Shown here piece by piece: positions 12,301 through 23,241 of a stretch of 64,000 bases of DNA. Every line of letters begins with the position of its first letter. The first letter of the stretch is position 1. Position numbers and translations under genes: made by a program. The notes under the pieces were generated by a model that made no database searches, was not told the DNA's origin, and worked only from the letters and a program-made list of their open reading frames with translations. This stretch comes from Klebsormidium nitens (Eukaryota > Plantae > Klebsormidiophyceae): the NCBI GenBank assembly GCA_000708835.1, contig DF237187.1:1-64000 (forward strand), read 5' to 3'.

Positions 12301-14228
12301 AGCAATGTGGAAATAGGTCTTCTGGAAGAAGGAGGAAGCCTTGGTTCGTACATGGTTGCCTTCTCGTGCTTCTTTCAGCAGCTGTAGCGCGTTCCGGTAG
12401 ACTGGATCGACCAGCGGAACGGCGGAAGAGAAGTTGGGCAGCTGTAAGAGCTGGAAACGGAGGGGGGGTCAGGTTTCGAGGTCAGGACCCGTCCAAGCAC
12501 CTGCTACGTTGAGAAAGGATCTAGATCGACAGCTTACTTCGCAGACCGCTGCGGCAGCGTCACCAGTGAAAGTTGTCTTTGCTTGATACGCCGAACACCG
12601 TCTTCGACTCAATACTGTAACTCTACTTCTCCAACTACATGAGAATAGCTTTTGCATAAGGACAGGGCTGCAAGAGTGATGCATCAGGATCCTCACCTCG
12701 AGGGTCGTTTGGAAGCAGCCAAGAACAAGCCCATCTGGGTCTATGCAATCTGCGGCACAGGTTGCGGGAAGTAAATTTGTGGAAACCGTGAGCAGAAGCT
12801 TCTTAGCAACTTCTTGATGTTCATAGCCGATGCCGATGAATACACACGGTCAACTTACGGATCTGGAACTAAGTGGGTACCCGGCAATGCATTCAATCAG
12901 TTGAAGGTAGCAAATAATTCTGGAAAGGAGCACTAGCATCTTAGCAGGGACGGCAGATAACAGACCTGAAACGGCCTCCAGCACGTAGTTATAATGCTCT
13001 GACGCAGGATCAGCGCCGAGGACAAGGCGAAGAAGAAAGACCAGTCGCACGGCAGCCTTGGTGTGAGCATCGTCTTTTGGCAAAGGAAACTTCCTGATCT
13101 GACGCTGCATGAGATCCAGCACTCCTGCCACGGAAGACAATCTCGGGTAAGCAGATACTATTGTTGAGATAAGGTGCAGAGGGCATTCGGAAGGCAGGAG
13201 AAGTCATCCAAAATTTGGTGGTCAAAGCGATTACAGGGGAGTCCTTGTGAGAAAGCTTTGATGTGATGATATAAGTTCGAGCCAAAGGTCAACGGACAGT
13301 CGTAGAGATCATGCTTTGAAAAGTGAGGCCTCAATAGCTTTTGAAGTTGTCTGCTCAACCTGGTAGAAAACGCCTCTGATGCAAGAGCTGCCGAACGGCG
13401 TGTTCCATGCTGGACCCTGGCTGCAGGACCGCTTCGACGCAGCTCTCCCAGAAGCTGCGAAATGGAAGGTCGGGACTGCAAAAGATACAGATGATGTGAG
13501 CCTAAGTGCCTGGGAGCAGAATGAAGTGTTGACTGTGCATCAGCTTCGCCGACTATAGACTGATTAGAAGAGCTGGCCAGTACAATCAGATACATATGCA
13601 CGATGGTCGATGCAGAAATTCCAGCAAACGAGGTCCTTACCATTGTACGAGAAACATGAGGATTGTGTTCTGGAAGAGCTCAGTTGGCACAGCCCGATTT
13701 GGCGCCCTGTACATGCACCATGAGACCTGTGACTCAACACGTCAACTCATTGCTTTCTTCTTGAGTAGCATTTTCCAACTTCAAGAGTTTAGTGTTTCAG
13801 ACCGGATAGAGTTGCGAATCTGGAATCCTGGAAGTGAAAGCTGCCAGTGCGAATGGAAGAGGTGCACATGAAAGAAAGATTTCTCGCCAGATGTGCAACA
13901 GCAGAAAATGAAACAAATATAGAAAGCATTTCAAATATGCTAGTTGTGCTTGCACACATACAGGGCCTCGGAATTGAATGCGTTCTATTTCCCCACACCG
14001 GGGAAGTTGTGAGGCCTACCTTTTCTGTGCATCTAGCAGATCAACGACTCTTTTCTGCACCTCACTCCAGATTTCGAGCAACAAACCATTGGACACGATG
14101 TGCGGCTTCAGCTCCTCTCCAAAGGAAAGCAGAAGCTCGAAAAGACAGCTTGGATCCTCCCTACTTGAAGCTTCAGCCTTCGCTTTATCAAAGTCCTGTG
14201 CAATGGTGGAATCAATTGCGGACGTCAT
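9375..14228 (-). CDS. Multi-exon uncharacterised helical protein with HEAT-like repeats (exon chain only partly resolved)
   Basis: Minus-strand exon-like blocks with splice signals at about 14020-14228 (MTSAIDSTIAQDFD...LLDAQK|GT), 12850-13140, 12700-12830, 11100-11640, 10770-10920 (SALFDPSVRVRRSAAQLISKL), 10110-10270 (LRDNDEKVRRAAFRRLA), and last exon 9375-9557 (ELLYDYLL...DTAVE*). D-x-x-x-x-V-R-x-x-A patterns are typical of HEAT repeats. Confidence 0.5.
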
Positions 14229-14997
14229 GATGATAATCGACTGCAGATGATCTTCTCCCTCCGAGGTCGAGCTCAGAGAACCACGAGCGCCTCGATCAAA
14301 CGGGCAATTCTCAGAGAACCCCACAAGACTCTAAACGTATTGCTAATGAATATTGTGCTAACCTGGAAACCTGGCACGAGGCGCGCCAGCGCTGTTCTTT
14401 TGATTAGCATGCCGTCATGAACACAGGTTTTGGGGAGGCAGCTGGCGCTTGTACCAACTTCCTTGGAAATTAAGAAGTCACGCATTCACTCACACAAATT
14501 GCATGCCTCCAGCTTGGACAATATCTATGGCTGCCTCATCTGCCAGCAAGAAAGGTGCTCTTCACTGATTGTCCTTCTCGACCGTCGATGACCGGATTTC
14601 GTAGATCGACAGGCTCTTGGCAAGCAAAGCCGATGCTCAGCGCATGCGATAGCCGTCGATGAAAAGAGCGACCGTCGGCGTAGGCAATCAGCTCAGTAGG
14701 TGAGGCTCCCGGCTAGCTGTAAGTCAGCGGCAGTACATAAAAACCCCGCACCTAGTTAGCAATTCAAGTCACTGCAGCTAGAAATGACTGCTGCAGCCAA
14801 CTACTGTAGTCTGTAGACAATGTGCATTCGGAGCAAGAAGCCATCTGGGAGTGATCATGTCAAAGTGGTGTTGACGGCTTTCACGTTGACGGCTTTCACG
14901 GTAGAGAAGATAGGGGCACCACCAAAGACCACCAGAAGAATAAGTCAAGGCTCAGCTTCCTGCCTGTCCGGCCCCATTGTCTACGGCCTGAAGAGCC

Positions 14998-17900
14998 ATG
15001 GATTCCGGTGAGTGCAGCATGAAGGTCAATCAAAGAATGATAAGTGTTGTATTTGACGGCTTTCATTTTGAGCTTTCACATGGAAGTTTCTAATACCCTT
15101 CACCGAGCTGCCTTTTGAAACGTTTCTCGTGCATGTAACGATGGCGGTGCCGCGATATGCGAGCGGTTCTAAAGTGCTGAATCAATTGTCCAGACTTTCT
15201 GAGCGTCTGTATATGTAGATTGCTCAGCATTCTGGTTGATTGCTTGCAACTGCTGTGAACAAGCACGAGTTCAATCTAGAAGGATGCCACTTGGGATCTA
15301 ATCATCAAATACTCAGACACGGCCATGGCGTTTTGAATTACTCTGTATTGCATTGCTGTACGTCAAGCTCCTCTTGTCGTGTTCAATCCTTGGAAAAGCT
15401 TCAACAGCTCGATGAAAAAGCTTCTGGTTCCAAGAACCTGTCGTGATGCTTCGTAACCTCGGGTTCAGTCAGGGGGCAGAAGTGCATGCCTGAGTGGTGC
15501 CCCTCCAGTACTTTTGCTAATGGTGGTCCTTTTCAACAGACATGGAGGACTATGGCTTTGAGTATTCAGATGAGGAGCAAGAGGAGCAAGATGTTGATAT
15601 TGAGAACCAGTACTACAACTCAAAAGGTGGGTGGCACTCTCATGGAGTATCGTGCATCGTTGGGACTGTTCCATCGACGCGTTTCCATGTGTACCCAACT
15701 GGTTTCACAAGCGCTCTTTGCAGATTGCCCTGAGCTGCATCCATATGTTTTCTGGCAATTAAGATGACTGTCTCTTCCTGATTAGAGCCTCAACCGGCCG
15801 CATCAGCAGATCAAAGGCCCTCTTATCAAAGGAGTTGCCTGCACAGGTCTGGTGGAGGGCGATCCCAAGGCTGCTCTAAGAGGTTTTGAAGAGGTGGTCA
15901 GAATGGAAGGCGAAAAGGGGGAGTGGTAAGCTTGGACTTGGTCACTATCCTACCATCAGTCTGCTTCAGGGGTCGCGGCACCAGAGATCTTATAGGATCA
16001 TTCACAGGTGCATTGTTGCTGGACTTCCTGCTCACGCAAACATCTAACTTTCAGGCTTGTACTTATCTATTCTGAGACTCAATTCTGATTCATTTTGCAA
16101 CCTGTTCAAGGGATGTATGGCATACCCCGGAGAAAGCGATTTGGGCTACCTACTGGGAGGTGCTCCAGCAAGACGCTTTGATTGCAGCACTCCTCAAAAT
16201 GAAAGCCCACTCTTTGTGAAACGTGGTGGCTATGAAGCTTGCAAGCTGACAAAAGAGAAAGCAGTCCGGATGCTGCACCACTCCTTAATCCATGCCCTCT
16301 ATTATTGCGTTCAGGGGCTTCAAGGCTCTTAAGCAGACTGTCAAGCTACACTACAAGCTCGGCAACCACAAGGAGATGATGGAGGCCTATCGAGAGATGC
16401 TCACGTACATCAAGTCTGCGGTGACCCGAAACTACAGCGAGAAGTGCATCAACAAGATCCTGGACTTTGTGTCGAGCAGCCAGAACCTGGAGCTGCTGCA
16501 AGAGTTCTATCAGACCACTCTGCAGGCGTTGGAGGAGGCCAAGAACGAGGTAACGAACATTCCCTGTGTCAACAGGTACTCATCGGCTTCCTTTCGGCAA
16601 GGCATGGCGATCCATGCAACAGCAGAGGTTGACGGCCCTGGTCAATTCAGAAGGGTTGCCTACTGCTGATCACCTCATTTTCCTGGTGGATTCGCAAAAA
16701 GAATCCTGCAGGCCACCTGTGGCCTCTTTCTTTGTTGTCTTTTGCATTACGTTGCGGCCCCCAATGTAGTGGGCCCCCTATGCTTGCAGGGTGCGCCTAG
16801 TTACTGACAGGTGGTGGGGCTGTATTCGGCTTGCTATTGACCACGAGTGCTCCGCTCTGCAGAGGTTGTGGTTCAAGACAAATTTGAAGCTATGTAAACT
16901 GTGGTTCGACCTTGGGGAATACACGCGAATGAACAAGGTAAGGATGCAAGCACACACCAACGTTCTTCGCTGGTTGTCTATAGTTCTTAGAACCGACTCT
17001 GTTGCAACCATGCTCGAAAAATGCTCTCCGTCGAAAGGAAGGGGCAGCTATCATTTCCTTCGCATCTTCGTCCAACGATTGTTAAGCAGCAGATCAATCG
17101 GCATAAGACTGCCAATGCGTGTGGTTGGCTGTTGGTCGAGGATCTATCGTCCTTGTTGGTAGACATGGAGCATATTGGTCAAACATCGGTCTTCCTGCAG
17201 ATTCTGAAAGAGTTGCACAAGTCGTGTCAACGAGAAGACGGTACGGACGACCAGAAGAAGGGCACGCAGCTGCTCGAAGTGTATGCCATTGAGATTCAGA
17301 TGTACACAGAGACGAAGAACAACAAGAAGTTGAAGGTGAGGCCGCTGTAGTCGTCAGGCGATTCTGCGTAATTTTTGTTATGTTTGCAAAGACAGAACAT
17401 AATAAAGCTGAGCCACGGGTAGCAAGCAGTTGCCACGTCGAATGCGGGTCGTTTTCTTTCTGTGGCAGGGCTCTGTTTTCGATGTTGCTGGGTAGCCTCA
17501 AGCAGATTGGGGACCTGGTCCTCGGCGACCGTTGAATGATGGTCTCGCCTGTCCCATTCTGTTAGACACAAAGCCATTGTTCCTACTTCGCGAGATCCAC
17601 AAGAACAGAAACAAAAATCCGGCTTGGTCAGCACTGAAGTTTTCTCTCTTTGACGACCTTGCTGCCTCATAAAAATGGTGCAGCTTGGATATGAGTTTGC
17701 TACAAGTTAAGGCTCCAGCGAGGCTTGTGTTCCGTGTCCTACATCTTGCTCGTCTTGTCCTTACAACTTCTGCTCCGCAGTCTTATTCTTTCGCCGTCGG
17801 CTTCGCCCTTCAAAAGATAACACCTAGACAGCGCTGTCCATCAATCCGCCTGCTGTCATCTCCTGCTTGTGGAATACGAGGCTACTCGACCCTCCTACAA

Positions 17901-20900
17901 TGATTCCAGTCGCGTCCTTTTGACCTCGATCCCAACCCGTTCTTCCTGCCCGCAACTGTGCCAGAAAGCCCTATTCGTCAAAACGCGTGTTCTCAAGCTC
18001 TTCCAGACCATACTCTGTCCCCCTAAACAATGCCCTCTTGTTATCCTGACGCAATCGCAATCTCTGTCACCAACTACACAGAAAAGCGCTGTTCATCGAG
18101 TCGCCTCTTGTCGTTCTGCTTTTCGACCTCAACTTATGCCATTATTCCCACAAAAGTGTTTCTCTTTTCGACCACAACTTCTGCCATTATCCCCATAAAA
18201 GTGTTCGTGTTTCTCACTTCGCTCCCAACCCGCTATTCCTGCCAGCAACTGTACCAGAAAGCGCTGTCCATCAAGTCGGCCATCCCGCACCCGCGCATCA
18301 TGGGCATCATCCGCGAGTGCGGCGGCAAGATGCACATGGCGGAGCGCCAGTGGGCCGAGGCCGCCACCGACTTCTTCGAGGCGTTCAAGAACTACGACGA
18401 GGCTGGGACACACCGCCGGATACAGTGCCTCAAGTGAGCGTCCCTTCGCACCGAGCTGCATTCGTTGTGCTGCGTTCTTGGGCTCTTTTTGCTCAGCACA
18501 CACTTCCGTATCCCTGATTCCGTGTCTCTAAGCCCGGGAGACAGAAGAGGAGGACCGGTTATCAATCCTAGATCGGGCCCTTCGTAATATTATGGAGTTA
18601 TGGGGCGTCCCTCATGCTTGGATGTCCGGGCTGCAGTCAAACGCCCGGATACAGAAGTCGCTTTTCGCTTTTCGATGCACTGTGCCCTAACAAACTGACG
18701 CGGGATTTCCTGGATCACAGAGACTCTTTCAGTGTCCAGCGCCGTAGTGCATTTGTTGACATAAAAAGTTCAGCCAAAGAAATGTCCAGCCATGGATGCG
18801 GCATCTAGTTGTTGACACTCGCAGTTGAGTCGTCCTTTTCGTGGACGCTCGAAACAAACGTGTTTCCTCCATGTCAGGTACCTGGTGCTTGCGAACATGC
18901 TAATGGAGTCGGAAGTGAATCCGTTTGATGCGCAAGAAGCGAAACCGTGAGTCTCATCCTGCTTCGCACGCACTCTCCGTTCCAGCTTTGCACAGCCCAG
19001 ATCATCCTTTTTTGGAGCGACCGTCAACGAGTCAGCCTGGTGCGAGGAGTCTGGGAATACATCAACGCACTTTGCCGTGCCCATCGACAGCTTACTGTCG
19101 CGTGCTTCAGGACAAAGGTCTCATTCGGACTGCGATGTTTGCACTGAAACCTTATTCTGGATCTTCCGCCTTTTTATTGCGCTGTTTCAAAATTTTCGCA
19201 ACCCATTTTCATAAGCAGCAGGGATTCTACGACTTTTTGTGCTTCCTTTCGTACGAAGGCCGTTTCCATTACCCGCTGCAGGTACAAGAACGACCCGGAA
19301 ATCCTCGCCATGACCAATCTAGTTGCAGCATACCAACGAAACGACATCCTAGACTTCGAAAAGATACTGAAGGTGGGGCCGCTCGTCCTGGAAGCCCTTC
19401 ATTTTGGCAGAAAGGTTGACGATGAGGCAGGCCAGATTCAAGGCAAAGAGAAAAGCACGACTTTCAGGCACGTTCTGTTGGTGTTCGGCATTGCGAGGCC
19501 CCAACTCGTGAGACGACTGAGCGTTGTAAATCTCCTCGCCAAGATAATGTTTCCTTTTGCCGCTCTCAGGCGCGGCCGAAAACGCATGCCCTGATTAAAA
19601 CGTCATCTGGATCTTGCTGGACTGCACAACTCATTGCTATGCAAAATCTGGAGACCGCGAGATCCTAATTTCCGCCCCGGGAATTCTGCTGAGATTTTGC
19701 GCTGGGTATGCAGAACAACCGGAAGACCATCATGGACGACCCGTTCATTCGGAACTACATCGAAGACCTGCTCAAAAACATCCGCACGCAAGTCCTCCTC
19801 AAGCTCATCAAGCCCTACACGCGGATCAGGATCCCCTTCGTCTCCAAGGTGGGTTTGCTGCCTTGATCTCAGTTGGTTCGTTCGTTCGTTGCTGTTTTCG
19901 CGTGCCGGTTGGTCGAAACAAAGCAACAGAACCGTATCGACGGGAAACAGATGAGGCAAGGCAAGGCAAGGCGTCATTCCCATCGAGCGTGGGAAGGAGA
20001 CGTCTGATCTTCGCTCGTAGCAGTCTGCGTGGTCACACCCTGCTTCGGGTTTTAAAGTCTGAATTGTCGAGGGTTCATTGCTGATAACTTAAGGCATGCT
20101 TTCTGCTCGCATTCAGCCTTCTTTCCTTTTTCACAATCTTCTGTGGATGCGTGCCCAAAGATCAGTCACCACCTACTTCATGTGTCGGTAACCAGGAACT
20201 CAGAAGCGGTGCAGGATTCGAGCTCCGGTGTCCCATCGCAAACCTACACTGTTCCTCTGGCAGCGGTCCTACTCCCTTTTAGGCATGCTTGACGATTCTC
20301 CTCCACACTGCATTTGGACAAGCATAAGTAGGCGTTCTACAGCGTCGTCGTAATAGCTCAAAGCCTGCATCAATTTTCGAGGTTGGGGTTTGCCCGGCTG
20401 GTTCGAAACAAACCAATGAAACGTGCCTTGGGCTGACGTCCCATAGTTTCCGCCCGTAACTAGAATGAAACCGCCAAACTTGCGCTGTTGGCCGTCCCCG
20501 TCGGCCCGTACATTGATTTTCATTCCAGGAACGGGAGTGGATCCTCACATTCAGTTAGGTGCCTGCAGGAGTTGAACATCCCCGAAGTGGACGTAGAGCA
20601 GCTGCTTGTGTCGCTCATATTGGACAACCGAGTACACGGCCACATCGACCAGGTCAACCAACTGCTCGAACTGGGGGATAGGTACGGCTTTCACCCTTCG
20701 ACGAGAGTTTTGTCGACTCCTTCCCGCTCGTTGGTACTGAGGAAGACGGGTGGTTTACGTTTGGCTGTGGATCTTGCAGCTACGAGGGACGGAGCTGTGA
20801 CATCTCAGGCCAGCGAGTGGTGGTGTGATGATCATGATGAGGCCTGTAAGAGGACCACAAATGTTGCTGAGCATGCTTGTTCTATATCCACGAAACTCTC

Positions 20901-21054
20901 AAATGCCCAGCTTTCAGTTGCTTCTGGAAGGTTCACCTTTCCGCGTTCCGTGCGCTGCTGCAGGACGAAAGGCGTGAAGCGATACACAGCGGTTGACAAG
21001 TGGACGGCGCAACTAAAGTCCTTACACAATACAGTCGTCAACAAGCTTGGTTAG
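14998..21054 (+). CDS. CSN2: COP9 signalosome subunit 2 (PCI domain), 12 exons, 435 aa
   Basis: Exons 14998-15007, 15540-15626, 15847-15925, 16315-16549, 16863-16937, 17201-17335, 18246-18433, 18878-18946, 19282-19372, 19714-19848, 20569-20681, 20964-21054 (1308 nt, all GT-AG, phases consistent). Sequence [33 protein letters not shown]...WGFKALKQ...[10 protein letters not shown]...[19 protein letters not shown]...[17 protein letters not shown] matches plant CSN2/FUS12 as I know it. Confidence 0.97.
18119..18208. repeat. 45-bp tandem near-duplication in CSN2 intron 6
   Basis: cttttcgacctcaacttatgccattattcccacaaaagtgtttct followed by cttttcgaccacaacttctgccattatccccataaaagtgttcgt. Confidence 0.9.
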
Positions 21055-23241
21055 CAAGACCCAATAGTTCTTGACATGGTGACCGCACGAGTTTCAGCAC
21101 AATGCTTCGTACCCGGCTCCGACAACATCAAGCATTCTCTTGTTTCCCTGTCTAAAAAATTGAGATTGAAAGCCATGCCCATAAGTTGGTGAGATATGCC
21201 GGCCGTCGATTCATGTCTCCATATATCGAGTATGAAGCAGTGATAGTAAGTTGAGTCTGTTGAAATGCATATGGTCGACGTGCCAGGCGGTATCAACTTC
21301 CACAATTTTCTAGCTAGACGGATCTTGGCCCGACCCTCTTTAGACGGTGGGCATCCTTACTGCATGCATGCCTGGCTATGACCGGATGCCACTGATCGAG
21401 CGTGATGCAGTTGTGATCACAATGCATGTTTGCAGTATACGTACCTTCGATGCGTTCGGCCGGGCGCCGGACGGATTGAGCAATCATGTACGTTCTTAGG
21501 CACTATACACATGAGCGAATGCGAGCGCAGCCTAGGCCGGCCCGACGGCGGAAGTCGGGCAGCTGCATCCTTGCATGTGGACTTCAACATATGAATCATT
21601 AGGGGGCTCTTACAGAGTCTTCAGGACCCATCCCGGCGATCTGATTGGTCGAGTGACGTAAGCTTAACGCCGTCACCAAGGTCTCAGACTCCGCATGTCA
21701 TTGCAGCTGAGTTGGTGTTAATGATAAGGACAGAGGCAGACTGTGATGTGGTGTCAAGGCTCCGCACTGAGCCGCAGTTTGAATTGGTTGGCACTTCCCC
21801 CGGGTTTTCGGTGATAATAACGCTATGCTCACAGGCAGCACTGTGAGTGGTCGCACCGATTTATTATTTGTGTCAATGTCCCAGCACCTAGCAGCGTGTC
21901 TATGAAAAGTGACACTAATAGTAAGAGCAACGTTCGAGCAGACCTGGAGGCCTGTTTGCCGAGCTAGCTCGCACCGATATTGCAACTTGAACTGGTGTCA
22001 AGCAGTCAAGTTGAGCGTGCCAGCACGTACGTTGAGGTCGTTTGCACCAGTTTCGACAGTTTGGTGACCGATTGGAAGTGTCAGTAGATGCGGGAATGTG
22101 CTTCGCTAATTATCTCTACGTTAACACTAGAAAGCTTCCGGGGGCCCAAGAGCCCCCGGCACGCCTAGTTCGGTCGATCGGAATCTAGGTACCGCGAGTA
22201 TATGCACGTACGTACGTAGACACGCAGTAATTCGAGGAACCCATGCATGTGCGGGCCGATCGCTATAGCTTTCAATGATGTTTGATCAAATCCGCACCGT
22301 CATGAGTCCATGTCAGTGCAAGGACGGTCACTGCATGCAGCTAGAAAACGCATGCCAGTGCGGGCTAGCTTGCATCCTCCATATGCATGAGTGGTAAAAT
22401 GACGGCCAAGCACCTCATGCGGAGTCTGGCAACCAGGCTTGCCGGGCTGTTTCGCTCTTTCACCGAGTCAGGTTGAAGCTCATTGACAAATACTAGTAGC
22501 ACGTATTTGCAGGAGCTTGCCAAGAATGAAGGCCCGCTGTTCAAGAAAGAGGCATGCAGTCCGTCCCCCTCCAAGTTTTGAGCAACTAATCTCTTTCGGT
22601 GAACTCTCAACACACGAGCAGCTACAGTGATTACTACCTAGTTCGTTTGCAGGACACATGAATTTCTACGGCTCGTTTACACCTAGCAGGGTAAAGGCTT
22701 TAGAAACAATCGCGGTCTCTGAAGCGTAAAGAAAGCTCTCGATCTCCCGTGCCCATTGCTAACACTTTCTTGTCGAAGGCACCTCCTGCGCACACACAGG
22801 GGACGTGTCAGCAGAAGACCAAGACAGTCAATGAGCTTTGGACAAAGCCAGTGACGATCAAGCGGACTTTCGGAGGTTTCAGCTGCTTTCTGCGCCGGTC
22901 CTGTCGTCTCCCTCAAGAAAGATCAAAGACTCCAGACAACACACGAAAAGGCGCAAAGAATGACCGGGAAGAGACGACTAGTCGGCTGAAAAGCTAGATA
23001 GCCACCACAAGCACACGTCCACAACGCGTGCGCGGCCAATTCCATGCATGGCAACGGCTCTTTCCACATGGGGATGTGGCCGGCGGAAACAAACGGAGAC
23101 CTTTTCCTCCCTGCTCACCGTTCTGCTCGCTTGTCAGGGTAGCATGCTGATGCTGATGCATTGTGGACGTCTCAGCATCACTTCTGTGTCGCGTTACTGA
23201 CGTGTTGCTGATGCGTTGCAGACGTGTTGGCGACGCCCGCC

